Positions 36,717-46,956 of a stretch of DNA of 64,000 nucleotides are shown piece after piece (the first letter of the stretch is position 1; every line of letters starts with the position of its first letter). Source of the stretch: an uncultured bacterium (lineage in GTDB: Bacteria > UBP14 > UBA6098). The notes under the pieces were generated by a model, which was not told where the DNA came from, made no database searches, and was given only the letters and a program-made list of their open reading frames with translations. The stretch is from positions 273,328 to 337,327 of the forward strand of contig CAYWOR010000001.1 in the NCBI GenBank assembly GCA_964459995.1, read 5' to 3'. The position numbers and the translations under genes were made by a program.

Positions 36717-39686
36717 TTATTTGATTAGCACAAGCCGTGTAGTTATTTCTTTGTCGGCACATGTCAGCCTTGCGAAATACACACCGGATCCCATCGGATT
36801 ACCGCCAATGTCCTCACCATTCCAGAGGAGTTTTCCATTTGCGACATTATCGAAGCTCTTCACCCTTCGACCGTTGATATCGAAGATTTCAAGCCGTGTA
36901 TCAGGTGCGGTGACGGAGACCTCGATAGCGACGGTTGCATTAAATGGGTTCGGGAATGCCGATATTGCGAAATCTTTTGGAAGCTCGGTTTCGGCAACAT
37001 TGTGCAGATCCGGCTGATAGAACAGCACGGCACTTCCGCTCGTCGGAATTGGTGCACCCTCTGGCACGCCGCGATACATATATGCGAGGCCGTCATAACC
37101 CGATTCATGCTCTATGCAGATTGCCGCTTCACCGCGCGCAAATCCCTCTACAGAGCGATATACGAATTCAATGCGCGATCCGAAGAGATGCGAATCATAG
37201 TAAATCTTCGCCTGGAAACGCAGAAGATCGGTCGGCGAGGTTGCTGTTTCGAACATGTCCCACTGAATTATGAAACAACTCGCGCCGATGGCATCGACAA
37301 GATAATCGTGATAATAGACTCCACCGCCGGTATGCCCTGCATAATCGGACTCCAGATTTGTCCAAAGGGGCGCGATTACTGCGTTCGGAACAGCCGGATT
37401 CGGGAAATCGGTCGGCGGAATCGGAACGAGTGCGCCGGCGAGGCTTGTGTCCATTATCGCCCAACCTTTATTGCTTATGATAACGCCACCGCTGAGGATT
37501 CCATAGAAAGGCACGAATTCCGAGAACCCAATTTTGCCTGATAATCCGCTGAAACCGAAGGTTATCGCTGTGCCCGCCCCGCCGGAATCCGGATTTAGTT
37601 CTATCCAGTTGGCTTCGGGAGCGAAAGAATCCCATTCCGCCCATGAATCGACGAAATGATAACCTATAATATCCGGGCCGCCCTGATGTGGATTATTAAC
37701 GAAGATTTTGAAATTGCTCGAAACCGAGGAATTGCCGAGAGTATCGGAGGCTGTGAAATGATAACCGACCGTATCTCCGGGCTGAAGACCGCAGATAGTG
37801 AATTTGAAGATATCCCCGATTGTAGTGTCCGGCGGCCTTGTCTCCGAGACAGGATAGTGGACGACCATGAAGGCCTCTTCGACCATGTTGTAATCCCTAA
37901 TCTGCGCCTCGAACTGGAAACAGAAACCGGGGACATCCGCGTAAATGCTGTCGATGGGGGTGTGGTTTATAACCGGCCCCAATGTGTCCTCGCCAGTCCA
38001 CGGCGGCACGAAACGTATCGCGAAATGATCGAAAAGAGGATTGCCCATCGGCCTGCCGTTGTATTGATAAAGCAATCCGTCGGTGCCGTCGAGATTTTCG
38101 ATTCCCACAGTGGCAGAAGCGCCGTAGGTGTGATCCGGGTCTTCGGAACCGGCCTCGAGGTAGTGATACTCGATCGTGCCGTCCATGAAAAGCCGTGCGG
38201 CATAGGTTATCGGCGATGTTGTTACGCTATATGGAAGCTGAATCCTGTTCCAGATTATCCAGAATGAAGATGTCGAGACATCGTAGAATTGCATAATTCC
38301 CGCAGACGGTTCGGCGGAAATGTCACAGTCAGAGTCGTCCCAATAGACAGCCAGCAGTGCATTTGGAAGCGACGACGATGGAATAGTGTCGTTTAACAAA
38401 TAGGAGCCGGTCAGCGAAGCATCGAAACTTATCCAGCCGTTAGTGGATACGACAATCTCGTCGAAATCCTCCTCATAATATGTGAATGTAAATGGCAGAT
38501 CGACAATTCCCCATGCATCGTCGCCTGTAATATCGTCGATTCTGTCGGCGGAGGCCACCGGCGGGGCAACATAGGCTGGTCCCTGAGGGTCGTAGGAATC
38601 GAACCATAGATAACCCATACCATCCGGTCCGCCGCGCGAGATATGCGGCCATGCGGTTACTGTCGATGTCGCCCTGTCATTGAAAGTAACTGTGTCGCCG
38701 GTAACTTCGACATGGCAGAAGATATTGTAAACTCCGCCTTCGGTTGGAATCCATCCGGTGAAGACGACCGTATCCAAAGCACCGGAGTCGATCGCCGTCG
38801 TCTCGGAGGCGTTGAACACAGTATCGCCGGACTCGTGAACGATGTTCAAAAACACGGGAACTATCGGCTCGTCAGCAGTGCCGAAATTTCTAATGACTGC
38901 GACGACCTCTGTGAAAGCCCCCGCAAGAATATCGCCGGTGGGACGCAGAATCGAAAGGACACCGCAATCGTGCATCGAGGATTCCCCGCGCCAAAAGCGA
39001 ATCACCCTTCCGGAATCGAGCGAGGCGGTGTTGAAAGAATACTGAAGACCGTCGGTGCCGTATCTGTCCTCGATGCCTATCGTTGCGCTGGCACCGTTAG
39101 AATACAATATAGAACTAAGTGTCGGATCGAGATAATGGAACTCGATTACATTGGATGCAGGTGCAGAGGCTTCGTGAATCTGCAATTGAAAGAATAATGG
39201 GTCTTCCGGGTCTGATGAATAGGTTCTGCGGAACCAATTGAACCACGTAATCACAAAAGTCCTATTCGGGGTGGTTCCGACTGTGTGATAATAAACGCGC
39301 GAGCCGTCGTAGGCCATTAGGTCGTCCCAATAAAGATACATCGCCGCATTGGGTGCTTCGTAGAATGGTATTGCGACGTTAATATATGCTTCGATTAGGG
39401 TCGCGTCGAATCCGGCGACGCCGTTTGTCGTAACCAAAATGCTGTCGGAATATGTTGTGTCGTAATATGTTATGGGGAAAGGGATTAGAATGGCGACGGA
39501 TTCGTCGTCATCGCCCGGGAAGATTGCTCTTGCGGCGGTGGCTGTATCAGGCGCGAGCCAATTGAATGACACAATATCCTCGTCCTCATCGGCCCACATA
39601 TAGCCGAAACCGTCCGGGCCGCCCATCGCGGCGAACAAGACTGTCATCGAAAGGAATATGAGCAGGAAAGATATGAACTTACACAT
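36717..39686 (-). CDS. Large secreted protein (989 aa) with a triplicated ~300-aa module and T9SS type-A C-terminal sorting domain
   Basis: Signal peptide. Repeated module openers 'GGPDGFGYMWAD', 'GGPDGMGYLWFD', 'GGPDIIGYHFVD'. C-terminus 'FPNPFNATVAIEV.....LEIFDINGRRV......GVYFARL......RLVLIK'. Confidence 0.55.
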   Translation of the reverse strand: MCKFISFLLIFLSMTVLFAAMGGPDGFGYMWADEDEDIVSFNWLAPDTATAARAIFPGDDDESVAILIPFPITYYDTTYSDSILVTTNGVAGFDATLIEAYINVAIPFYEAPNAAMYLYWDDLMAYDGSRVYYHTVGTTPNRTFVITWFNWFRRTYSSDPEDPLFFQLQIHEASAPASNVIEFHYLDPTLSSILYSNGASATIGIEDRYGTDGLQYSFNTASLDSGRVIRFWRGESSMHDCGVLSILRPTGDILAGAFTEVVAVIRNFGTADEPIVPVFLNIVHESGDTVFNASETTAIDSGALDTVVFTGWIPTEGGVYNIFCHVEVTGDTVTFNDRATSTVTAWPHISRGGPDGMGYLWFDSYDPQGPAYVAPPVASADRIDDITGDDAWGIVDLPFTFTYYEEDFDEIVVSTNGWISFDASLTGSYLLNDTIPSSSLPNALLAVYWDDSDCDISAEPSAGIMQFYDVSTSSFWIIWNRIQLPYSVTTSPITYAARLFMDGTIEYHYLEAGSEDPDHTYGASATVGIENLDGTDGLLYQYNGRPMGNPLFDHFAIRFVPPWTGEDTLGPVINHTPIDSIYADVPGFCFQFEAQIRDYNMVEEAFMVVHYPVSETRPPDTTIGDIFKFTICGLQPGDTVGYHFTASDTLGNSSVSSNFKIFVNNPHQGGPDIIGYHFVDSWAEWDSFAPEANWIELNPDSGGAGTAITFGFSGLSGKIGFSEFVPFYGILSGGVIISNKGWAIMDTSLAGALVPIPPTDFPNPAVPNAVIAPLWTNLESDYAGHTGGGVYYHDYLVDAIGASCFIIQWDMFETATSPTDLLRFQAKIYYDSHLFGSRIEFVYRSVEGFARGEAAICIEHESGYDGLAYMYRGVPEGAPIPTSGSAVLFYQPDLHNVAETELPKDFAISAFPNPFNATVAIEVSVTAPDTRLEIFDINGRRVKSFDNVANGKLLWNGEDIGGNPMGSGVYFARLTCADKEITTRLVLIK

Positions 39687-39728
39687 TTTTTACCTCCGAG
39701 TGAAATAAGCTATTGATCTAAATATAGA

Positions 39729-39763
39729 TAAAAAAAGACTGTTGTCAAACAACAGCCTGTCTT
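39729..39763 (-). terminator. Rho-independent terminator after the flavodoxin gene (minus strand)
   Basis: Plus strand 'aaaaaaagactgttgtcaaacaacagcctgtctt': hairpin (ctgttg/caacag, aagac/gtctt) followed on the minus strand by T7. Confidence 0.45.
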
Positions 39764-39782
39764 CTGAAATGAGATGCGCGAG

Positions 39783-40262
39783 TTAGGCCTGTATTTTCTC
39801 GACGAAAGCGTGGATTTTGTCTTCAATTCCACTCGCGCGGTCTTTCTTGTCGGTCTCGATGACCGCGACAGGAGGTTTGCCAAGGAGGGTTTCCATTGCT
39901 GTGAATGTGCGTTCGTGGCCGCTTCCGTCCATCGAACAGAAGAATGCCGCCTCTTTGATCGAGTTGGAATTTGTCTCCAGATAAGTTCTTATAGCAGGTG
40001 TGAGGGTGAATGCCCATACCGGTGTTCCGATAATTACGAGATCGAAGTCGGCGGGATTGTGCTTTGTTTTCGCAATAGCAGTTGTCTTCTTCCGCGAGGC
40101 GTCCATACCACCTTTCAAATAGCCTAAAATTCCGTCGCGGTTGGTCTCGTCGTTTAGCTCCTCGATTTCAGAATCGAGTTTTACAGAGATCATCTCGGCC
40201 ATTGCGCGGGTATTGCCGGTTCGAGAATAATACACGACGAGTATTCGATTATATTTCTTCAT
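39783..40262 (-). CDS. Flavodoxin-like protein
   Basis: 'ILVVYYSRTGNTRAMAEMI' FMN-binding loop signature. 159 aa. Confidence 0.6.
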   Translation of the reverse strand: MKKYNRILVVYYSRTGNTRAMAEMISVKLDSEIEELNDETNRDGILGYLKGGMDASRKKTTAIAKTKHNPADFDLVIIGTPVWAFTLTPAIRTYLETNSNSIKEAAFFCSMDGSGHERTFTAMETLLGKPPVAVIETDKKDRASGIEDKIHAFVEKIQA

Positions 40263-40270
40263 AATAACCT

Positions 40271-41053
40271 CTATTCGGGAAGGATAAGTTGCGATCTATT
40301 ATTAAAATACAATCCTCGGATAAGCATGGTTGACATCAGAGAAGACAGGGCATTCGAAGTGATCAACATATACATGATGAATATCTGATACCTCACAGCC
40401 TCGCCCGGAACAACCCCGCCTACGATTTGGCCGGTCATCATCCCCGGCAAATGGACGAGGCCGACGACCATGGTGTTTGTAATAACATTGAGCATTCCGG
40501 CGCGCACGGAGGCTTTTATCGCGGGCAATGAGGCGATATGCACCGAAGCGCCGAGGGAAAGAGCCGCTTCGATACGGTCTTTGCCGCTTTTCATCTCCGA
40601 GTCGAGCCGGTTGATAGCCAGCGCCGCGGCGGACATAGCGTTGCCGATTATCATGCCGCCGATAGGGATTAAATACTGAGGACTCCAGAATGGATTCGGA
40701 CGAATGATGAGGCCGATTCCGAGAATTATCGAGATTAGGCTCGCGGAGGTTATCGCCAACGTGAGACGCGGCAGAAGACCCTTAAATCGCTTTGTTTGAC
40801 GGCGCATCGCGTTGTAGGAAGCGATACCTATCATCATTAGAAGCCATGCGGAAACCAAATACCATTTATTGAATGCGAAAATTCGGTCGAGGATGTAACC
40901 GACCGCCATCAGCTGGACAAAGGCGCGCACAGTTGCTATAAGCATCTCTTTTTCGAGTTTGAGGCGAAGGAGATAGCTTATCAGCGCGGCAATTGCGACT
41001 ATACCCGCCGCCGCGGCCAATTCGAGAAGGGATATGTTGATTACTTCGGACAT
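40271..41053 (-). CDS. fetB: ABC exporter permease, FetB/YbbM (UPF0014) family
   Basis: Size ~260 aa, 7-TM pattern, immediately downstream of a FetA-like ATPase. Confidence 0.55.
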   Translation of the reverse strand: MSEVINISLLELAAAAGIVAIAALISYLLRLKLEKEMLIATVRAFVQLMAVGYILDRIFAFNKWYLVSAWLLMMIGIASYNAMRRQTKRFKGLLPRLTLAITSASLISIILGIGLIIRPNPFWSPQYLIPIGGMIIGNAMSAAALAINRLDSEMKSGKDRIEAALSLGASVHIASLPAIKASVRAGMLNVITNTMVVGLVHLPGMMTGQIVGGVVPGEAVRYQIFIMYMLITSNALSSLMSTMLIRGLYFNNRSQLILPE

Positions 41054-41054
41054 C

Positions 41055-41807
41055 TCACTCGTCTATAAGTTCGCCGTTGACAAAACGCCGCGCAAGTTCT
41101 GTTGGAGGGTTTGCGAAAAAGTCCGCAGTGGGTGCGAAAGAATCGATTTTTCCGCAATGAAGCAGTGCGATTCTGTCGGTGCCCTTTTTTGCAAGTTCCA
41201 AATTGTGCAGGACCAATATTGCGGTGATATTCATCTCGCGTGCAAGATTTTCCACCAGCTGGACAATCGCATTTGCGGAATGCGGGTCGAGGGCGGATGT
41301 TGGCTCGTCCATAAGCAAAACTTGCGGTTCGGTGGCGAGAGTCCTTGCGATGGATACCCTTTGCGCCTGCCCTACAGAAAGTGTGTCCGATTTGGCACAA
41401 AGGAGTTTTGAGTCGAGGCCGACCTTCGCGAGGAGTTTTTCTGCCTTTTCACGTTCAAATCCGGCGCCGGAGACCTCCATAGCAAAACGCAGATTGTCCT
41501 CGATCGTTCCGTCGAACATAGCCGAAGTCTGACGGACAAAGCCGACCGTCTTTCGATAGTTGCGCGGCTCTAATTCTTCAATATGCTTGCCCTCGAAAAG
41601 GATTTCGCCTTCGGAAAAGGGTTCGAGGCTGGCCAAAAGGCGCAGAAGGGTTGTTTTTCCCGACCCTGAATTGCCCACCAAAGCGAGTCTTTCGCCGGAA
41701 TGGACTATCAGATCGAGGTTGCGGAGAATCCATGAGTATTCTTCATCCTTCGACCGGCGTTTTTTTAGCCCGATTCCTCGGATATCGAATGTCACGGAGT
41801 TTTGCAT
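41055..41807 (-). CDS. fetA: ABC transporter ATP-binding protein (FetA/YbbL-like)
   Basis: Walker A 'GNSGSGKTT', signature-like 'LSVGQAQRVSIAR', Walker B 'LLMDEPTSALD'. Confidence 0.65.
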   Translation of the reverse strand: MQNSVTFDIRGIGLKKRRSKDEEYSWILRNLDLIVHSGERLALVGNSGSGKTTLLRLLASLEPFSEGEILFEGKHIEELEPRNYRKTVGFVRQTSAMFDGTIEDNLRFAMEVSGAGFEREKAEKLLAKVGLDSKLLCAKSDTLSVGQAQRVSIARTLATEPQVLLMDEPTSALDPHSANAIVQLVENLAREMNITAILVLHNLELAKKGTDRIALLHCGKIDSFAPTADFFANPPTELARRFVNGELIDE

Positions 41808-41812
41808 CGAAA

Positions 41813-42868
41813 TCAGAAGAGCAGTCTGAAAAATCTATCGAATCGTATATCCGCCGGGCGGAAAAAGCTTTTGAATAGCACAAGAACATTATCTACCATC
41901 GATGGCGGATTGTTCGGATCCGGCGGCGGATTGATAAGCGAGTAATACAGCATAATTGGGCGCCCTTTGACTTTATTGGTCGAAACCGGCCCCCAATAGC
42001 GGGAATCGAAGCTCTCGCACCTGTTATCGCCGATGCACATAATCATGTCTTCCGGCACGGTTATTTTTGGGAAATTGTCGGCTATGGCGTAGTTTATGAT
42101 GGCATATTTGTTCGGGACGGAATCCACTCCGCGCGAGACAACGCCGGAATATTCCGCAGGGTTATAATCTTTGCCAAGAAGTTCTTCGAGCGTGGCGGAG
42201 ATTGCTATCGTGCCCGCGGCTTTCCAAGTTCTGCCCTTTATAGGCTGTTTTGCGAGGGTTTTCATAAAGCCTTCGGTGTCGATTTCGAAACCCTCTTTTT
42301 CGGCTTGAATGAGGAAATAGTATCCGAAATATGGGAGCATTTCTTGGGGGTTCTTCATTATTCGCGAATCGAGATATTGAACGAGTGCGCCTGTGCCCTC
42401 GCCTCTTGCTTCCCATCTTTTCTGCCATTCGGAGGACGAGATGTCGAACAGGAACGGCACAGGGTCTTCGTCGTTGGAGAAATGCGCGTGCGGATCAGGG
42501 ACGGCTGTGCCGTCTATGTATAGCACCCTATCGCGGAATTCGACAGTTTGGCCTTCGATTGCGATACAGCGTTTGACATAGTCGGTTCTGCCGTCCACGG
42601 GATATTTGAAAACGACGACATCGCCGGGTTGTGGGTCGTAGAATCGATATGAGATTTTTTCCGCGAGAAGATATTCATGCGGGATAATCGTGGGTATCAT
42701 GCTTCCGGTGGGGACAGCGTGCGCCTCGACAGCGAGCCATCGTAAGATAAGCACAACAATGACCGCTTCGAGAATAGAGCGCAATCCCCGAGGAAATTTC
42801 GCCATTATGCTTTTTGTTCCTGATTCCGTCACGCCTCTACTTCTTCCATATTTTTTGATAAATACCAT
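41813..42868 (-). CDS. lepB: Signal peptidase I (S26 family). True start may be the internal Met (~42805).
   Basis: 'VPTGSMIPTI' (catalytic Ser box) and 'GDNRCESFDSRYWGPV' (box E) motifs. Confidence 0.75.
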   Translation of the reverse strand: MVFIKKYGRSRGVTESGTKSIMAKFPRGLRSILEAVIVVLILRWLAVEAHAVPTGSMIPTIIPHEYLLAEKISYRFYDPQPGDVVVFKYPVDGRTDYVKRCIAIEGQTVEFRDRVLYIDGTAVPDPHAHFSNDEDPVPFLFDISSSEWQKRWEARGEGTGALVQYLDSRIMKNPQEMLPYFGYYFLIQAEKEGFEIDTEGFMKTLAKQPIKGRTWKAAGTIAISATLEELLGKDYNPAEYSGVVSRGVDSVPNKYAIINYAIADNFPKITVPEDMIMCIGDNRCESFDSRYWGPVSTNKVKGRPIMLYYSLINPPPDPNNPPSMVDNVLVLFKSFFRPADIRFDRFFRLLF

Positions 42869-43086
42869 AATGCCACCAAATAAAGCAATCGAGGGAACTT
42901 TCGCAACACATTTCTATCGCAAAAGAGGATTTCTTAATCAAGAGTATGAAGCAGTGTATATGCCACGATGGAATAAAAAAGCTCTATGTAAAAAAAATCT
43001 TTCGAGCCATAAATTATGATTTGCATAAATCGTAATTACCTGTTATTAATATAGGGTAAAAATGTTACCCTGCTAAGAGTATCGAA

Positions 43087-45747
43087 ATGAAACCGGCAAC
43101 CCCTTTCGAAAAAGACATCGATATATCTAAGATCGCAGAGCGCGTTCTCAACGCGATGAACGAGGATATTATTATCGTTTACGATTGGGACGGCAGGATT
43201 GTTTTTGCTTGGGGCGGCAATCTTCTTCAGGAACGCTATGGAATCCGTATCGAGGATTTTTACGGCAAAACACTTCACGACATAAACCCAAAAGAAATTG
43301 CGGACGAAAGACTCGAAAAAGTGCGCGAGGTTTTCCGCTCTGGCATAAATTTCCGCGAGGAGTATCAGGTCGCCCTTCCGAAGGGTGTTTTCTGGCACGA
43401 TATAATACTATCGCCCCTCGAGGTCGATAGCGAGATTATCGGTGTAATTGGCTATCTTCGGGACATCACAGAACAGAAGAGCACTGAAGAATCGCTGAAT
43501 ATGGCCGAGGCGAGATACGAAAGCCTCGTCGAGAATGTCCCCATCGGGATTTACCGGACTACCCCAGACGGCAAGATAATTTTTTCCAATCGCAAACTTC
43601 TCGAACTTGTCGGATATGATAGCTTTGAAGAGCTTTCCAAGCTGAATCTCGAGCAAGAACAGTGTTATAATGGCGATATGGACCGCGGTAAATTCAAGGC
43701 TATGCTCGACAAAGACGGCCTAATTCAGGGACTCGAGACGCAGTGGAAAAAGCGCGACGGCTCTTCTATGCATGTTCGGGAGAACGCCACTGCGGTTCGT
43801 GATAATTCCGGCAACGTGCTTTTTTATGAAGGCACAATCGAAGACATCTCGGACAGGAAAGATATCGAGCAAAATCTTCGTGAGAGCCGGGAACTTTTCC
43901 GAAGCCTCGTGGAAAGAGCCTATGACGGCATCTGTATCGTTGTGGGCGGTTTGATGACCTATGCAAACCCTCGTCTTGCCGAGATTGTCGGATACTCTGT
44001 CGAGGAGATGATAGGAAGCAGTTTCGAAAAATATCTTGCACCGGAAGTGGTAGTCGAAATCAGAGAGAATTACATGCGTCGAATGCGTGGCGAGTATGTC
44101 CCGCCGGTATATGACACAAAGCTTCTCAAAAAATCCGGAGAGATAGTCGATGCAGAACTCAACGCCGGTCTAATCCATATTCAGGGCGAGCCGGCGGATT
44201 TCGTTTTTGTGAAGGACATTTCCGAACGCAAACGCTACGAAAAAGAGCTGATCGAGTCGGAGCGCAAATATCGTATGCTTTTCAATAGCTCCTCCGAGGC
44301 GATTTTGCTTTTGTCTGGAGACACCTCGATTTTGGATGCCGACCAAAAGGCCTGCGAGCTTTTCGGGATTTCTAAGGGTGAACTTCTAAGCAAAAAACTT
44401 GAAGATATATTCCCCAAGGACAAATACAAAGATATCGCCGCTCGGATGGAAGAGATTTTCGCGCAGAATTACCCCACAGAATCGTTGATATTGAATTCCT
44501 CACGGGAAAAGGTGCCTGTGGAATTCTCGATGAGCAAAGTGAAACTTGGTGGCGAGGAGCGAATTTTAGCGACATTTCACGATATCACGAGGCGATATAA
44601 TCTGCAGAAACAGCTTCGCCGTGCCCAAAGGCTCGAGGCTGTCGGGCAACTCGCCGGCGGTATCGCGCACGATTTCAATAATATACTGACCGCGCTTTTC
44701 GGATATACCGATATTTTGAAATACTCCATCGACGAAAACAACGAGCTTCAGACCTATATCGACGAGATAGAAAAGGTCGCCACGAAGGCGTCCGCGCTTA
44801 CGCAACAGCTTTTGACTTTCAGCAGGAAACAGGTTCTCGAGCCGATTGCCCTCGATTTGAACCATGTGGTAACCGAGATGTCCGATATGCTCAAACGAAT
44901 CATCGGCGAAAAAATCGAGTTCACGCTCGATCTCGACGAGAATTTAGATTTGGTGCTTGCGGATAGAAGCGGTATCGAGCAGATAATCGTGAATTTGGTC
45001 GTAAATGCCCGTGACGCTATGCCAGATGGCGGTCAGCTGAAGATCAGAACCCACCAAACTCGAATCGAAGACATCGCACTGGCCTCTCAGAACGGGGTTT
45101 CTATCGGCGAATATATTATTCTGAGCGTTTCGGATACCGGCCATGGGATTCCCCGCGATATTCGGGATCGGATTTTCGATCCATTCTTCACAACGAAATC
45201 GGAGAGTGGCGGAACCGGCCTTGGATTGCCGACCGTTTTTAGCATTGTGAAACAGAGCACTGGTTTTCTGGATGTTATCACCGAAGAAGGGCGCGGAACT
45301 CGAATCGACATATATCTGCCATCTGTCGAGGGTGAAATCGAGTTGGAAGCGCAAACCGACAAATCCGGAATTACCGCCGGAAACGAGACAATACTCGTTG
45401 TCGAGGATGATCCTGCTGTGCGCAAGACGATAATGACAATTCTCAAAGGTGCCGGATATTTTGCTGTCGAGGCAAAGGACGGCGCAGAGGCTATAAAAAA
45501 GGTCGCGCTCTCAAATGACCGTTTCGATATTGTGATTACCGACATAGTGATGCCGCACATCGACGGCAGAGAGCTTGCAGATAAGCTTTTGGAAGCGATG
45601 CCGGACTTGAGGATTCTCTATATTTCCGGTTATGACAATAGCTCTTCCCTGCCGCTGATTGCGAAAAATACCCGTTCCGATTTCCTTCAGAAACCTTTCA
45701 CTGCGGCGCTTTTGACTCGTAAGGTCAGGGAGCTTCTCGATCTGTAA
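43087..45747 (+). CDS. PAS-domain hybrid sensor histidine kinase with C-terminal receiver domain
   Basis: Multiple PAS segments. H-box 'HDFNNILTALFGYTDIL'. G-boxes 'DTGHGI' and 'GGTGLGLP'. Receiver 'ILVVEDDPAVRK...DIVITDIVMP...K'. Confidence 0.8.
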   Translation: MKPATPFEKDIDISKIAERVLNAMNEDIIIVYDWDGRIVFAWGGNLLQERYGIRIEDFYGKTLHDINPKEIADERLEKVREVFRSGINFREEYQVALPKGVFWHDIILSPLEVDSEIIGVIGYLRDITEQKSTEESLNMAEARYESLVENVPIGIYRTTPDGKIIFSNRKLLELVGYDSFEELSKLNLEQEQCYNGDMDRGKFKAMLDKDGLIQGLETQWKKRDGSSMHVRENATAVRDNSGNVLFYEGTIEDISDRKDIEQNLRESRELFRSLVERAYDGICIVVGGLMTYANPRLAEIVGYSVEEMIGSSFEKYLAPEVVVEIRENYMRRMRGEYVPPVYDTKLLKKSGEIVDAELNAGLIHIQGEPADFVFVKDISERKRYEKELIESERKYRMLFNSSSEAILLLSGDTSILDADQKACELFGISKGELLSKKLEDIFPKDKYKDIAARMEEIFAQNYPTESLILNSSREKVPVEFSMSKVKLGGEERILATFHDITRRYNLQKQLRRAQRLEAVGQLAGGIAHDFNNILTALFGYTDILKYSIDENNELQTYIDEIEKVATKASALTQQLLTFSRKQVLEPIALDLNHVVTEMSDMLKRIIGEKIEFTLDLDENLDLVLADRSGIEQIIVNLVVNARDAMPDGGQLKIRTHQTRIEDIALASQNGVSIGEYIILSVSDTGHGIPRDIRDRIFDPFFTTKSESGGTGLGLPTVFSIVKQSTGFLDVITEEGRGTRIDIYLPSVEGEIELEAQTDKSGITAGNETILVVEDDPAVRKTIMTILKGAGYFAVEAKDGAEAIKKVALSNDRFDIVITDIVMPHIDGRELADKLLEAMPDLRILYISGYDNSSSLPLIAKNTRSDFLQKPFTAALLTRKVRELLDL

Positions 45748-45765
45748 TTCCCAATTTATATGCTA

Positions 45766-46956
45766 TTATGGGCCTTCGACCCCGTGGGCGTAGATATTCT
45801 GCAATAATCCGATTATGAACATCGAAGAGATAAGGCTTGTTCCGCCGAGCGATAGGAATGGCAACGGCAGACCTGTTACCGGCATGACTCCGCTTACCAT
45901 TCCGATATTCACCACCGCGCCGAAAAATAGAATCGATCCGCAACCGATGGCAATCATGCGTGTGTAAAGGTTTCGAGCCTCGTCGGCGATTCTTAGAATC
46001 CGATAGAATAGCACCGCAAAAAGCGCGAGGACGATTGTGCATCCGATAAGGCCGAATTGCTCGCCGAGAACGGCAAAGATGAAGTCTGTATGTCTTGCCG
46101 GCAGGAAGGCGAGGTTGACCTGTGTGCCAGCCATAAAACCCTTGCCCCAGAATTGGCCGCTTCCGAGTGCGATTTTGCTTTGGATTATCTGATAGCCAGC
46201 GCCGAAGGGGTCGCGCCCGGGGTCGAGGAAAACGAGGATGCGCTCTTTTTGGTAATCGTGGATACTTCGCCAAATTGCCGGAGTCAGCACCCCTAGCGCT
46301 AAATTCACAATAATGACCGGCAAAAACAGCGCAAGTCTTGTGCGTGTGAACCACAAAATTAAAATTAACAGGACAAAATATATCGCCCAAGGGATCCAAT
46401 GGACGGCAGAAACCATCGACAGAAAGGGGCTTGCGAGGATTAAGAGCGTTATCTCCTGCAGGCCCGCGGTGTAAAGCATGGTTACGAGGATGGCGGTGAA
46501 AACCATGGATGTGCCGAGGTCGGGCTGTCCCATCACAATTGCGAAGGGGACTGCGGTCAGCAGAATCGCGCCGATGATTACTTTGGGCGTTTCGATTTCC
46601 CTTTTATGGTCATACAGAAATCTTCCTATCGCGAAGACCATCAATACCTTAGCGAATTCGGAAGGCTGGAAGGAAACGAATCCGAGGTTTAGCCACCTTT
46701 TTACCTCGCCGGATTGGACTAAAACCGCACCCAAAAGGACTATCAAGATGGCGTAGTAAATCCAGCCGATGGAATAATGGACGCGCATCGGGATTCGCCA
46801 TGCGATGAACATCGCAACGAGGCCAACTCCGAGATAGATAGCCTGTTTTGTCCAAAAGCGGCTTGTCGGCGAGACCGTATAGATAAGCAAAATGCCGATA
46901 ACCGCGAGAAGAAGCGCAACAATAAGCAATGTCCAGTCGATTGCAGTGCGCATCAT
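45766..46956 (-). CDS. rodA: SEDS family peptidoglycan polymerase RodA
   Basis: About 10-TM FtsW/RodA pattern. Immediately downstream of and overlapping mrdA. Confidence 0.75.
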   Translation of the reverse strand: MMRTAIDWTLLIVALLLAVIGILLIYTVSPTSRFWTKQAIYLGVGLVAMFIAWRIPMRVHYSIGWIYYAILIVLLGAVLVQSGEVKRWLNLGFVSFQPSEFAKVLMVFAIGRFLYDHKREIETPKVIIGAILLTAVPFAIVMGQPDLGTSMVFTAILVTMLYTAGLQEITLLILASPFLSMVSAVHWIPWAIYFVLLILILWFTRTRLALFLPVIIVNLALGVLTPAIWRSIHDYQKERILVFLDPGRDPFGAGYQIIQSKIALGSGQFWGKGFMAGTQVNLAFLPARHTDFIFAVLGEQFGLIGCTIVLALFAVLFYRILRIADEARNLYTRMIAIGCGSILFFGAVVNIGMVSGVMPVTGLPLPFLSLGGTSLISSMFIIGLLQNIYAHGVEGP

